From Macrostomum hystrix (lineage: Eukaryota; Animalia; Platyhelminthes), in NCBI GenBank assembly GCA_950097015.1, contig CATNEN010000034.1:682001-746000 (forward strand): DNA of 64,000 bases, given 5' to 3'. Shown here one piece after another: positions 49,420 to 62,610 of the stretch. Under the pieces are notes generated by a model that searched no databases, was not told the origin of the DNA, and saw only the letters and a list, made by a program, of their open reading frames with translations. Position numbers and translations under genes: made by a program. Every line of letters begins with the position of its first letter. Within the stretch, counting starts at the first letter, position 1.

Positions 49420-49905
49420 ATAACGGAAAATGAAAGAGAGGGAGACAAAGAGGAAGACAGAGAGGTGGACAGCGGGGAGACTGAGAGGGAGACAGAGACG
49501 AAGATAGAGAGAGCGGCAGAGAGGCAGAAAAAGAGGTAGTTAGAGGGGTAGACAGAGATGTGGATAGAGGGGGAGACAAAGAGATAGACGGAGTGGAGAC
49601 AGAGATAGACAGAGAAGGAGTCAGAGAGGTAGATAAAGAGGTAGATAGAGAGGTAGATAGAGAGGTAGATAGAGAGGTAGACAGAGATGTGGAAAGAGGG
49701 GGAGACAGAGGGTGGATAGAGAGGGAGACAGAAAGGTAGATAGAGAGGTAGATGGAGAGTGGAGATGGAGAAAGAGATAGACAGAGAGGGAGACGGGGAG
49801 GTAGATAGAGAGTTAGATAGAGAGGTAGATAGAGAGTTGGATAGATAGACAGAGAGGTAGACAGAGATGTGGATAGAGAGGGAGGCGGAGAGGTAGATGG
49901 AGAAA
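49420..49905. repeat. Purine-rich (AG/GATA-like) low-complexity tract
   Basis: Almost entirely A/G, with repeated GTAGATAGAGAG and GAGACAGAG motifs. Confidence 0.9.
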
Positions 49906-50776
49906 TCGGGCAAGCAAAGTGGATAAATTAAGTGACAGCCCGGGGACAGAGCAAGCAGTGGCATGCCCTGACACTAGCGACTGTAGTCGGGGAATCAAAA
50001 TCTCAACCCTGCCATTCAGCTCACCCGAAAGCAGATTACTCGGGAGTCTGGAAGCTCGGAGGAAGCAGCTGCGCCTTGCCGTGTCCGGCAAAGCGACGAC
50101 TCGTGAAGATGGGAGCGAAAAAAGTGAAATTAAAAAGCAAGAGACGCGTGTTGAGGATCACGCCGTTTGGGATTTGAAAAGATGAACAAGGATTGTGAGC
50201 ACATCAGCTACAAGTGTATCAGTTGAGTAAAGCACTCGACACTCCCTTGTGCATTAGCAAAGAAGATACTTTCTGCTCCGAGAGCTGAGTAGCATTTTCC
50301 CACTTGCTTTTTGATATTCTCGCCTGAAATTATCGACCTCCCCTCTACACATCCAAGAGATGAAAATTGGTTGAAAAAGTGACTATAAATTTTGTTAAAG
50401 CTTGGCTGAACACAAGGGCCACTTCTGTATTCTGTTGTTGCGAAGCGAATTTTGTATAAAAAACGATTTTCTGCCCGCAGTACCTGATCGCTACTTTCAG
50501 GCACACTGTCTCTAGGGAGAGTTGCTTTTGAGATCCAATTCCAAAGAGACAAAGAATCGCAGTGAAGTTGCCGGCAAAGATTAAAGGAGATTAAACAATT
50601 CTTCAAGCAGCCCCTTCTAGTGGCAAACTTTTTCGATTATTCATGAGACCAGTGTCCCGCGCTCCCGGGATTTGAAAGCTTTCGGAGATCCTTCAGGTGC
50701 TGAAATACTCAAAGAAGAAAGTCAGAATGCAGCATAAAGGGCAATTGTTTTGATGCTTTGAGAGATCAAGGTGGGT

Positions 50777-51845
50777 TAATGGCTGATGCGTTTAAGGATC
50801 TTCGTGTGTTTATGGCTGATGCGTTCAAGGATCTCCGTGTGTTTATGGCTGCTGCGTTCAAGGATCTCCGTGTGTTTATGGCTGCTGCGTTCAAGGATCT
50901 CCGTGTGTTTATGGCTGCTGCGTTCAAGGATCTCCGTGTGTTTATGGCTGCTGCGTTCAAGGATCTCCGTGTGTTTATGGCTGATGCGTTCAAGGATCTC
51001 CGTGTGTTTATGGCTGATGCGTTCAAGGATCTCCGTGTGTTTATGGCTGATGCGTTCAAGGATCTCCGTGTGTTTATGGCTGATGCGTTCAAGGATCTCC
51101 GTGTGTTTATGGCTGCTGCGTTCAAGGATCTCCGTGTGTTTATGGCTGATGCGTTGAAGGATCTCCGTGTGTTTATGGCTGATGCGTTCAAGGATCTCCG
51201 TGTGTTTATGGCTGATGCGTTGAAGGATCTCCGTGTGTTTATGGCTGATGCGTTCAAGGATCTCCGTGTGTTTATGGCTGATGCGTTGAAGGATCTCCGT
51301 GTGTTTATGTCTCATGCGTTGAAGGATCTCCGTGTGTTTATGGCTGATGCGTTCAAGGATCTTCGTGTGTTTATGGCTGATGCGTTCAAGGATCTTCGTG
51401 TGTTTATGGCTGATGCGTTCAAGGATCTCCGTGTGTTTATGGCTGATGCGTTCAAGGATCTTCGTGTGTTTATGGCTGATGCGTTCAAGGATCTCCGTGT
51501 GTTTATGGCTGATGCGTTCAAGGATCTCCGTGTGTTTATGGCTGCTGCGTTCAAGGATCTCCGTGTGTTTATGGCTGCTGCGTTCAAGGATCTCCGTGTG
51601 TTTATGGCTGATGCGTTCAAGGATCTCCGTGTGTTTATGTCTCATGCGTTCAAGGATATCCGTGTGTTTATGGCTGATGCGTTCAAGGATCTCCGTGTGT
51701 TTATGGCTGATGCGTTCAAGGATCTCCGTGTGTTTATGGCTGATGCGTTCAAGGATCTCCGTGTGTTTATGGCTGATGCGTTCAAGGATCTCCGTGTGTT
51801 TATGGCTGATGCGTTCAAGGATCTCCGTGTGTTTATGGCTGATGA
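50777..51845. repeat. 33-bp minisatellite (ATGGCTGATGCGTTCAAGGATCTCCGTGTGTTT)
   Basis: About 32 units. Confidence 0.97.
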
Positions 51846-52611
51846 AATCAAGGATATGACCATAGAGGATTAATAAAGCAGTGTTGCTTTCTTGTTAGAA
51901 CAAAGATCAGGATTTGGGACTCTGAAGCAGAAAATGTCATCAGACCAACCAGAAATATATGATCCACAAAAATGCGGTAACAAAATGGGAGAATTTCCCC
52001 ACTCGCCGAGTGCCAGTCATTCCCCAGCAGGCCAAAGGTGTCAGGGACTTGGTTGGCAACTAATTACAGCCCAGGGGGGATCTTTCACACCTCCATTCCC
52101 ATCACCGCCTGAGTCGGAAGCGGTAGGGCCACTCCACTGCTCAATTGTCCACTCTAGGCAGAAGAAAAGTTAGCTGTAACAATGGCCAGTTGCATCTGCT
52201 CCCAGGCTAAAGCACACCCAGTTTGAGAAGGACTCGCTGACAGGTGCTGCTGAGGCTGAGGCAGCATTTGGATGAAGCTGGGAGGCTGCGGGTCCAGGTG
52301 GGCAGGAATCTCAGGAAGAGATTAAAAAGAGAGGAAGAGAGTGAGGGGGTACCTATCCAGTGGGATCTGATTCCCAGAGCTGATGGTGGCTCACTTTCCT
52401 CAAATTAGCGGCCCAAGTGCTGCCTGGCTGCTTATTTCATCTTCCACTTAATTGCGAAAGCAATCTGAAAGTAAAATCAGCAGCTGAACCCGTTTCCTTG
52501 GCGTCTGAGCTGATGTAGCAACTCTTTTGAGGGGCTTCTTATAGTCTCTCATTTCTTTGCTAAGCGCAATGCACTGGTTCCATTTCATGCCTGCGTTTAT
52601 TGGCAAATCCA

Positions 52612-52705
52612 AAATAATAATTATTATTATTGCAGGAGGGCTGCGGGCAATGGCACATCATTTGGTGACACTAGACCCGCACTAGACTAGCGAGTAGGCA
52701 ATTCT
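52612..52705 (-). mobile_element. 3' end of a non-LTR retroelement or SINE with (ATT)n tail, copy 2
   Basis: Shares a block of about 40 identical bp plus weaker flanking similarity with 32772-32860, and the same AAT/ATT tail. Confidence 0.55.
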
Positions 52706-53680
52706 GCCCATTCTGCCCAGTCCAATCATGCCTGACACCCTAGTCAAATCATCACTGACACCCTAGTCAAATCATGCCTGACACCCTAGTCAAATCATCC
52801 CTGACACCCTAGTCAAATCATGCCTGAGACCCTAGTAAATTCATCACTGACACCCTAGTCAAATCATGCCTGACGCCCTAGTAAATTCATCACTGACACC
52901 CTAGTCAAATCATGCCTGACGCCCTAGTCAATTCATCACTGACACCCTAGTCAAATCATGCCTGACGCCCTAGTCAATTCATCACTGACACCCTAGTCAA
53001 ATCATGCCTGACACCCTAGTCAAATCATGCCTGACGCCCTAGTCAATTCATCACTGACACCCTAGTCAAATCATGCCTGACGCCCTAGTCAAATCATCAC
53101 TGACACCCTAGTCAAATCATGCCTGACACCCTAGTAAATTCATCACTGACACCCTAGTCAAATCATGCCTGACGCCCTAGTAAATTCATCACTGACACCC
53201 TAGTCAAATCATGCCTGACGCCCTAGTCAATTCATCACTGACACCCTAGTCAAATCATGCCTGACGCCCTAGTCAATTCATCACTGACACCCTAGTCAAA
53301 TCATGCCTGACACCCTAGTCAAATCATGCCTGACGCCCTAGTCAATTCATCACTGACACCCTAGTCAAATCATGCCTGACGCCCTAGTCAAATCATCACT
53401 GACACCCTAGTCAAATCATGCCTGACACCCTAGTCAAATCATCACTGACAACCTAGTCAAATCATGCCTGACGCCCTAGTCAATTCATCACTGACACCCT
53501 AGTCAAATCATGCCTGACGCCCTAGTCAAATCATCACTGACACCCTAGTCAAATCATCACTGACACCCTAGTCAAATCATCCCTGACACCCTAGTCAATT
53601 CATGCCTGACGCCCTAGTTAAATCATCACTGACACCCTAGTGAAATCATCACTGACACCCTAGTCAATTCATGCCTGACA
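52705..53680. repeat. 23-bp minisatellite (TCATGCCTGACACCCTAGTCAAA) with largely alternating GCC/CAC variants
   Basis: About 42 units, ending about 70 nt upstream of the protocadherin ATG. Confidence 0.96.
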
Positions 53681-53752
53681 ACCCAGTCCCATCATTCCCT
53701 GAGACGCTAACTCAGAACCTCAACCCTGATCTGGATTTAACAACGACAGGAG

Positions 53753-54658
53753 ATGCCAGCGTTGCGACACCCGCCACTGCCAGCCCTGCTCCTCTGCAGC
53801 TGGCTACTCGCGACGATGACATCTGCCGATCGCCTCCACTGCAGCGTCCGCGAGGAGCTGCCAGCCGGCGCCCTGGTCTGCGACCTGGCCGAGAAACTCC
53901 TTGGACGACCGCAGCCTCCGCCCCAGCTGCCGGGCGCGTCGCAGCAGCAACATCAACAGCCGGCTCATTTTCTGCTCCTAGCCGGCAGCGCCGGAGGCAT
54001 CGGCGACGCGCGCCGACGATTCAGTCTCGACCCCCTCACCGGCCGCCTGACGTTGTCAGAACGACTCGACCGTGAATCCATTCAGCACTGCCGACGGCGC
54101 AGCCGCATCGCATGCCAGCTTGACCTAACAGCCACCTACCGACCCGCGGGCCCAGCCGGCACTACAGATCTGCGACTAATCGACCTGGCCGTCAGCGTCG
54201 AGGACGTCAACGACAACGCTCCGGCCTTCTCGATGTCGGTTAGGATTCAGCGACTCCGCCTGAGGGAGCACGACCGCTCGACGAGGCTCCGCCTGCCGCG
54301 GGCCGCCGATCCGGACGCCGGTCGAAACGGCAGCATTCGGTACTCGTTCCCGGCTCCGCCGCTGCCCCGCCAGTACGAACTGTTTGTCCTTGACGAGGAG
54401 CCAGTCGCTGAATCCGCTGGCCTCGTCGACGAAGACGCTGGTGATCGAACTCCAGTATTGCGCGTCGTTCGACCAATCGAACTGGCGACTGACGCGGACA
54501 TGGCGGCCCTCGCCGACGGCTTCAGCCTGATAGTGCAGGCCTGGGACGAGGGCGAGCCTGCGCTGGTCGGCGGCAACCTGACGGTGCTAGTGAGCGTCGA
54601 AAACACCAACGACTTCGATCCGGAGTTCGAGCCCACCTCGCGGGTCCAGTCTGTGTCT
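53753..54658 (+). CDS. PCDH: Protocadherin exon 1: signal peptide, EC1, EC2
   Basis: Acceptor ACGACAG 3 nt before the ATG. Signal peptide; VREE...LDRE...DVNDNAP; AADPDAG...NTNDFDP. Donor TCT|GTGAGT at 54659 (phase 0). Confidence 0.9.
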
Positions 54659-54947
54659 GTGAGTTCAACCTTTCGCGTAGCAACAAAGACAAGAGGCTAG
54701 GAAGCATAGATAAAAAAAAATTTTTTTTGTAAATAAGCATTCACTTACCTGTGATTTTTACACAGAGAAATTCCGTTAGTCACAGACTGTGTTCTTACCG
54801 CGGAAAGCGAAATCGAATGAATGCCTTCGGCGAAACCCCATGGACATGCAGTGGATTGTTTAATATTTACAAACCTGTTTATTTGTTGCTGGATGAAATA
54901 ATGCGTGTCGCATTTGTGAAATTTTGTTATGGGAAAGTTAAAATTAC

Positions 54948-55704
54948 AGACTGAGACTGAGAGATCTGAGAGACTGAGAGACTTAGAGATCTGAGAGACT
55001 GAGAGACTGAGAGATCTGAGAGACTGAGAGACTGAGAGACTGAGAGACTGAGAGATCTGAGAGATCTGAGAGACTGAGAGACTGAGAGACTGAGAGATCT
55101 GAGAGACTGAGAGACTGAGAGATCTGAGAGACTGAGAGATCTGAGAGACTGAGAGACTGAGAGACTGAGAGACTGAGAGACTGAGAGACTGAGAGACTGA
55201 GAGACTGAGAGACTGAGAGATCTGAGAGACTGAGAGACTGAGAGACTGAGAGACTGAGAGACTGAGAGACTGAGAGACTGAGAGACTGAGAGACTGAGAG
55301 ACTGAGAGATCTGAGAGACTGAGAGACTGAGAGACTGAGAGATCTGAGAGACTGAGAGACTGAGAGATCTGAGAGATCTGAGAGACTGAGAGACTGAGAG
55401 ACTGAGAGACTGAGAGACTGAGAGACTGAGAGACTGAGAGACTGAGAGACTGAGAGACTGAGAGACTGAGAGACTGAGAGATCTGAGAGACTGAGAGACT
55501 GAGAGACTGAGAGACTGAGAGATCTGAGAGACTGAGAGACTGAGAGACTGAGAGACTGAGAGATCTGAGAGACTGAGAGACTGAGAGATCTGAGAGACTG
55601 AGAGACTGAGAGACTGAGAGACTGAGAGACTGAGAGACTGAGAGACTGAGACTGAGAGATCTGAGAGACTGAGAGACTGAGAGATCTGAGAGACTGAGAG
55701 ACTG
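54948..55704. repeat. 8-9-bp repeat (GAGAGACT / GAGAGATCT)
   Basis: Tandem array in protocadherin intron 1. Confidence 0.96.
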
Positions 55705-56577
55705 AATCGTGTGGGTTGAAATTTAGGAAACAGAACAGAAACAGGAGATTCCGTGTGACAGGTTGTCCTGTCAAGACTGCACACTTGGTGTCGGCTGGCT
55801 GGCTTTGACTTTCTTCCCTTCCTTCCCCTGGGGATTTGCCAGACTTTGGCCAAGACCTTTTGTATTTGAGCTGTTTCCCTTCTATTCTGTTCTCTACTCC
55901 CTTCCCTCGCCGGCCCTCCCTGTGTATCTGCGGGAAATTCGATCTGACACGGCACGACAATGCCAAGACCCTGCTTTCCAGCTTCTGACTGCCCTCCTGA
56001 CACCGCAGCCACCGGGCGCTCCGGTGCGTGCGGCAGTCGGCGCCCCTCCGTCCCGTCTTGAATTTCCAGCCTCACTTTCCCGCTCCCCCTCCGAGTCAAC
56101 TGCTCAAGCCACCGGCTCCCCTCTCCTTCTCTTCGATCTCGTGTTTGTGTTGTCAAAACTTCTACCGCCTCAGTGGCACAACAAGGGGGCTTCAGATCCC
56201 CCTTATCCTTGATCCCCCCCAACATCCACCCGCCGCGGCAACTTTGTGAATCCCGGCTCATCATTTGCCTAGGCAGAAGTTGAATTTCATTACCCGATGA
56301 GAGAATCGTAACCTGCCTTTTTACCTTTTAATTATGTCCTGCAAAAATCTCGTCTATCTTTTTTCTGCGAATTTTAATCTTGCCCGCCCTCTAAGTAAAC
56401 AGCCTCATTCCATGAAGTTGCGAGACTTCTGCTAGAAATTTGACAACTGAAATCGATAGGGATCGATCTAGTGCAGCGTGCTTTTAGAGTTCATTTCTCC
56501 TTTGATCACGGTTGCTAATTAGTTAGCTTTTTAGCAGATAGTGGTTCTCAAATTATCCTCTTCTCCCTACTTCCCTC

Positions 56578-58130
56578 CCCTCTCTCCTGTCTCCTCTCTC
56601 CTGTCCCCTGTCCCCGGTTTCCTGTCTCCTGTCCCCTGTCTCCTGTCTCCTCTCTCCTGTCTCCTGTCTCCTCTCTCCTGTCTCCTGTCTCCTCTCTCCT
56701 GTCTCCTCTCTCCTGTCTCCTCTCCTGTCTCCTCTCTCCTGTCTCCTGTCCCCTGTCTCCTGTCCCCTGTCCCCTGTCTCCTGTCTCCTGTCTCCTCTCT
56801 CCTGTCTCCTGTCTCCTGTCTCCTCTCTCCTGTCTCCTCTCTCCTGTTTCCTCTCTCCTGTCTCCTCTCCTGTCTCCTCTCCTGTCTCCTCTCCTGTCTC
56901 CTCTCTCCTGTCTCCTGTCTCCTGTCCCCTGTCTCCTGTCCCCTGTCCCCTGTCTCCTGTCTCCTGTCTCCTCTCTCCTGTCTCCTGTCCCCTGTCCCCT
57001 GTCTCCTGTCTCCTGTCTCCTCTCTCCTGTCTCCTCTCTCCTGTCTCCTGTCTCCTCTCTCCTGTCTCCTCTCTCCTGTCTCCTCTCCTGTCTCCTCTCT
57101 CCTGTCTCCTGTCCCCTGTCTCCTGTCCCCTGTCCCCTGTCTCCTGTCTCCTGTCTCCTCTCTCCTGTCTCCTGTCTCCTGTCTCCTCTCTCCTGTCTCC
57201 TCTCTCCTGTTTCCTCTCTCCTGTCTCCTCTCCTGTCTCCTCTCCTGTCTCCTCTCCTGTCTCCTCTCTCCTGTCTCCTGTCTCCTGTCCCCTGTCTCCT
57301 GTCCCCTGTCCCCTGTCTCCTGTCTCCTGTCTCCTCTCTCCTGTCTCCTGTCCCCTGTCCCCTGTCTCCTGTCTCCTGTCTCCTCTCTCCTGTCTCCTCT
57401 CTCCTGTCTCCTGTCTCCTCTCTCCTGTCTCCTCTCTCCTGTTTCCTCTCTCCTGTCTCCTCTCCTGTCTCCTCTCCTGTCTCCTGTCCCCTGTCTCCTG
57501 TCTCCTCTCTCCTGTCTCCTCTCCTGTCTCCTCTCTCCTGTCTCCTGTCCCCTGTCTCCTGTCCCCTGTCCCCTGTCTCCTGTCTCCTCTCTCCTCTCTC
57601 CTGTCTCCTGTCTCCTGTCTCCTCTCTCCTGTCTCCTCTCTCCTGTTTCCTCTCTCCTGTCTCCTCTCCTGTCTCCTCTCCTGTCTCCTCTCCTGTCTCC
57701 TCTCTCCTGTCTCCTGTCTCCTGTCCCCTGTCTCCTGTCCCCTGTCCCCTGTCTCCTGTCTTCTGTCTCCTCTCTCCTGTCTCCTGTCCCCTGTCCCCTG
57801 TCTCCTGTCTCCTGTCTCCTCTCTCCTGTCTCCTCTCTCCTGTCTCCTGTCTCCTCTCTCCTGTCTCCTCTCTCCTGTTTCCTCTCTCCTGTCTCCTCTC
57901 CTGTCTCCTCTCCTGTCTCCTCTCCTGTCTCCTCTCCTGTCTCCTCTCCTGTCTCCTGTCTCCTGTCCCCTGTCTCCTGTCCCCTGTCCCCTGTCTCCTG
58001 TCTCCTGTCTCCTCTCTCCTGTCTCCTCTCTCCTGTCTCCTGTCTCCACTCTCCTCTCTCCTGTCTCCTGTTTCCTGTCTCCTCTCCTGTCTCCTCTCCT
58101 GTCTCCTCTCCTGTCTCGTCTCTCCTGTGT
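56578..58130. repeat. Pyrimidine-rich 5-7-bp repeat (CTCCTGT / CCCCTGT / CT)
   Basis: 1.5-kb array in protocadherin intron 1, containing duplicated blocks. Confidence 0.96.
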
Positions 58131-58323
58131 CCTGTCTTCTCTCTCCGTCTCTCACTTCTCCTCAAATTAGTTTAATTGACTTATATCATACCACTTACCA
58201 ATATGTTATTTTTTGCAGCCAAAAAGGATCATTCATTTTCAATTCTTCTAACCTGTAAATGTCCTAGAATCTAGACACCTGCTCAATAGCCTAACCCCTG
58301 CCCCGTGCTGTTAACCGCCGCAG

Positions 58324-58587
58324 ATCAAGGAGAACGCCAGCCTCAACACCCTGGTTCACCGAGCCAACGCCACCGACAGAGACTATGCCGCCGGCAGCCA
58401 CCTCAGCTACAGCCTCCGCAGTCCGGAGCCGCAGCTGTTGCCGTTCCGCATCGATCCGGCCAGCGGCGAGATCCGCCTGCGTCAACGCCTGGACGCCGAG
58501 GAGAAGCAGGAGTTTCGCTTCGAGGTTGTCGTCAGTGACAACCACGCGCCGGAGCCACGGACAGCCGCCATGAGCCTCACGGTGAAG
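58324..58587 (+). CDS. PCDH: Protocadherin exon 2 (EC3)
   Basis: Acceptor CCGCCGCAG. Encodes IKENASLNTLVHRANATDRD...LDAEEKQEF...LTVK. Donor AAG|GTGAGC. 264 nt, phase 0 to phase 0. Confidence 0.92.
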
Positions 58588-58629
58588 GTGAGCTGTCATT
58601 ATTTCACAGTCTACGGAAGCCTGTCTCTT

Positions 58630-58930
58630 TTCAGTGTCCAGTGGCCTGTCACTCCCAAGGTCTGTCACTCCTGAGGGGTCTGTGTCCTATAAGCCTGTCA
58701 CTCCTGAGGAGTCTGTGGCATATAGGCCTGTCACCCTGAGGAGTCTGTGGCCTAAAAGGCCTGTCACCCTGAGGAGTCTGTGGCATATAGGCCTGTCACC
58801 CTGGAAGTCTGTCACCCTGAGGGGTCTGTGTCCTATAGGCCCGTCACTCTCAAGTCTGTCACTCTCAAGTCTGTCACTCCTTAGGGGTCTATGGCCTATA
58901 GGCCTGTCACTCTGGAAGTCTGTCACTCTA
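58630..58930. repeat. Degenerate repeat on GCCTGTCAC(T/C)C in protocadherin intron 2
   Basis: More than ten CTGTCAC cores with variable spacers. Confidence 0.8.
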
Positions 58931-59098
58931 GACAAGTCCAGGATTCTATACGGCTGTCGCTTTAATGGGGCGTGCGACTTTTGAAGCCTGTCACAATGGA
59001 ATCCCATTCCGTGGCTTTTAGTCCACTCATCGAATGGCATGCAAGCTTTCTGCGACTCTAAAACCAAAAGTACATCCTGAACTTTGCTCTAACCCAAG

Positions 59099-60821
59099 GT
59101 AGAAGACGTGAACGACAACCCGCCCAGCATCGAGGTGATCTCAACCACGCCCTCATCCGGCCTCTCCCTGCCCGAGAATCATCCACCAAAACTGGTGGCG
59201 CTCATCCGCGTCACCGACCGAGACCGCGACAGTCGGCACCAGCCGCCGCCCGACTGCGACCTGGCCGGCTTCCACCGACGCACCGATGCGTTCGAGCTGA
59301 CTCCGGAGCTGGCCATCAAGGCAGCTTCATCATCCAGCTTCGGCACCGGCGGTGGCCGCAGCGTCGGATCGACCCTTCGCCTTCTCCTGCGCAGCCGCAG
59401 GCCGCTGGACCGAGAAGCCGCCGCCGAGCACCGGCTGCAGCTCGACTGCGTCGACTCCGGGGGGCTTCGCACCGAGAGTCGCTTCGTTGTGCGCGTGTTG
59501 GATCAAAACGACAGCCCGCCGGCCTTCCCGCTTGGGGCCGCCACGGACGGGTTCACATTCCGCCTGCTGGAAAATCTTCCCGCCGGAGCGACCATCGGTC
59601 GAGCTGAGGCGCGCGACCCGGACGAGGCGGCTGAGACTGTCTACTCGATGCTGCCGCCGTGCGACCGCCTCGTAGGCGTCGGTCAGCGCAACGGAAGCCT
59701 CTTTTCTCTGGCCCCGCTGGATCGGGAAGCCAATGCCAGCCTGAGCTGCCACCTGTCGGCTACCGACGCTGCCAGGCCGGAGCTCAGCGCGGTGGCCACG
59801 GTTCGCATCGACATCGACGATGTGAACGACTGCCCGCCGGTGTTTCTGCGGCAATTCACGAAATCCGACGATGCCGACGCGGACAATGTTCGTCGCTTTC
59901 ACGTGTCCGAGGACGCCAAGCCGGGCTTCTCACTGGGCCGCGTGGTTGCTACAGACGCCGACGCTGGCGAAAACGGCCGCGTCTCCTTCGCGCTGCTCCC
60001 TGCCGTTACACCGGAAGAGTCAACTGGAGCGGCAGCGTTCAGACTGACCTCCGCTGGCGAGCTTCTGCTACTCGGCAGTCTCGACCGCGAGCGCCGCAGT
60101 CGCCACCGCTTGCGCGTGATCGCCCGCGATCACGGTCGGCCATCGTTGAACGCCCAGACGGTCGTTGACATCCATGTTGACGATGTCAACGACAACGCGC
60201 CTAATTTCGTCTTCCCGCCTAGCTCCGACACCGCCGCTGCCGTTGTCAATGTCAGCATTCGAGAGCGTCCCGGAGCTGGCATCGCCCGCCTGTCTGCCCT
60301 CGATCCCGACGCCGGCGAGAATGGCAGCGTCGATTTTCGCATCGTTTCCGCCGGTAGCGGCGCCGGCGCCTGCCAGCCAGGCCAGTTCAGCGTGGAGTCC
60401 GACACCGGCCGGCTCCTGCTGGTCCGCCTGCCGCCCTCCTCAGCGGGCCACTGCGCCCTGAGCATCGAGGCGCTCGACCGCGGCCAGCCGCAGCTTCGAT
60501 CTTCCTCGCGTCTGCTCATCAACTTCACCGACATCCGGCCGCGCAGCACCTTGTCGTTTTCTGGTAGGCCTGGTGGCAGAGGTAGCGACACCAACGCAGC
60601 AGGCGACGGGGGATTCGGCGGCGCTCGAGACCTCATAGTAGTCACAGTGTGCGTGGCCGTGTCCTTCCTTGTGCTGCTGTGTGCCGTCACGTTGGCCGCG
60701 TATTTCTGCTACTACATGCAGGTGCGCCGATCGTCAAGAAGCTCGGCTGCCGCAGCCTCTGGTGCCGTTGTGGATAGCTTTCCAGGCGGCGTGTCGGGCA
60801 CTGCTGGAACAAGAAGTTCTG
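59099..60821 (+). CDS. PCDH: Protocadherin exon 3: EC4-EC7, transmembrane helix, start of cytoplasmic tail
   Basis: Acceptor CTAACCCAAG. DVNDNPP, DQNDSPP, DVNDCPP and DVNDNAP linkers; TM LIVVTVCVAVSFLVLLCAVTLAAYFCYY. Phase-1 donor at 60822 (GTTGGT) or 60840 (GTGGCT) is uncertain. Confidence 0.9.
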
Positions 60822-61485
60822 GTTGGTTCTTCCAAAAATGTGGCTGATTTACAGTTAAAAAGAACTGGATTTTTTTCTGTATCTCCCAAAATATTCAACC
60901 TATCGCCATGAAAATGGAGACCATGGGCTAAAATATTCCGCTCTATAAGAAGAAACAGTTTCCAGAATGACAAAACATTTGCGTCGTCAAGATATTCAAC
61001 GATTCTCATTAGGGTGTCAGATCGCAAAAATCACAGAAATGTCAGATCGCAATAGACATAAATTTTCAGCTCTATGTTGGGTTTGCCAGCTCGTCGGGGC
61101 TGCGCGGCAGCATTCCGTTGAAGGTCCCGAAGGTTGCCTGTATGTGTACAGGTTAGTCTAGAAGGTCGCCATCGTCCATTTCATTCACTGATTATTGTCT
61201 CCTGAAGACTGCAGAATTCTTAAATTTCAGCTTTGGAAACGCGATAGTCTTTGATATGCTGATCGGGTGCTTTTGTTGAAGGTCCCGACGGTCGGCGCCG
61301 ATACTTCAGACAGTGATGAAGGGGATCCTGGTGATTGGGATGCTGAGAACAAGGGTCCCCACGGCAGATGGACTCAGATTATTGAACCAATATGGATTTC
61401 CAACTACTTTTAGTAGTCTACTTCAGTCGCAAAGTCAACAAGCAGAAAAAAAAGAAAAAAGAAACCTCTACGGTCGTTTTTTCAG

Positions 61486-61670
61486 CTTGGCTGTCTCGAG
61501 TCTCCCTTGGCAACGCCAGTGGCGGTGGTCACGGCAGCGGCAAGCGGCTGCGTCGCCCATCAACTGGTTGGCTGCGTGGCGGCATTGTCGGTGGTGACAA
61601 CGGTAACTGTGGCCTAGCTGGTGACAGTCTCCTAATATCTCATCCTGTCCCAATCAAGTCTGCGTGTGAG
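61486..61670 (+). CDS. PCDH: Protocadherin cytoplasmic exon 4 (proposed)
   Basis: Acceptor CGTTTTTTCAG (phase 1), open Gly-rich frame, strong donor GAG|GTAAGA (phase 0). Confidence 0.6.
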
Positions 61671-62470
61671 GTAAGATTTGGCCGTATTCTACAGATTTCT
61701 CTTCTAAGCCTGTGATGTCATTTGTACACTCACACAGTTAATTTCCTTTCCCCTGTTATCTTTGCCCATGTGCCTGGCCATAGAACCTTATAAGGCCCAC
61801 CCCCACTCCTCAAAGCCTGCCTGGCCATGGTATGTACATACTGACACCCGCCTCACGCCGCTTACTGCACCTCGCCAGTCCCGCCCACCCCACTCCTCAC
61901 AGACAGCCGGGTCTAATGTATGTACGAACATTATGCAACCATTTTCTTAACTTTCTTCCGAAACCTGAATCACGCAAGCTATAAATATGCTGCTTTTCGA
62001 TAATCTAACACATGGTTTACTACTCAATCCAGTAGTTTAAAGCGTTCCTCATTAAACAAGTAGTCAGGTAAAGAGAGTGTCATGAGAATCGCAACAGCTG
62101 CACATGCTAAAGTACAGGCAATGGTGAGAAAGTAAAAACGGTAAAGTTATGCTTTCAGTGCAAACAGTCAATGCGTAGTTCCTTGTCACAAGTAGGCCTC
62201 CGGTTCAAAATTCTAATCGAAATTTGAGTCAAGCCTAGATCGCGCTACGGTTCTAGCATTGTAAAACATTGTAAAAACACAGAGAAGATCTGACAGGTTA
62301 ACAACACCTGTTTAATTTGTGAAAGTAATGAGATATAAGCATACTGCACGATTATACTTTATTTCTAACAAAATTTGAATCGCTATTATTAAAGCCTTAA
62401 TGTTAATCAAAGTTTTACTAAACTGCATTATGAACAGTAGTCAGACAGTTTTGTAAAAACTATTTTTCAG

Positions 62471-62537
62471 CGTGCAGTGGCGCAGGAGTCTCACTACACT
62501 GCAGATCGGGGCACCATTGCACGGCTTGCATCTCTGG
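62471..62537 (+). CDS. PCDH: Protocadherin cytoplasmic exon 5 (proposed, 67 nt)
   Basis: Acceptor TATTTTTCAG. Reads RAVAQESHYTADRGTIARLASL. Donor TGG|GTGAGT, phase 0 to phase 1. Confidence 0.6.
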
Positions 62538-62567
62538 GTGAGTAAAGGTTTTACGATTAAAGTAAAG

Positions 62568-62604
62568 CCTAATCCTAACCCTAACCCTAACCCTAACCCT
62601 AACC
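62568..62604. repeat. Interstitial telomeric-type (CCCTAA)n inside a 73-nt intron
   Basis: CCTAATCCTAACCCTAACCCTAACCCTAACCCTAACC directly before the ATTCAG acceptor. Confidence 0.9.
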
Positions 62605-62610
62605 ATTCAG

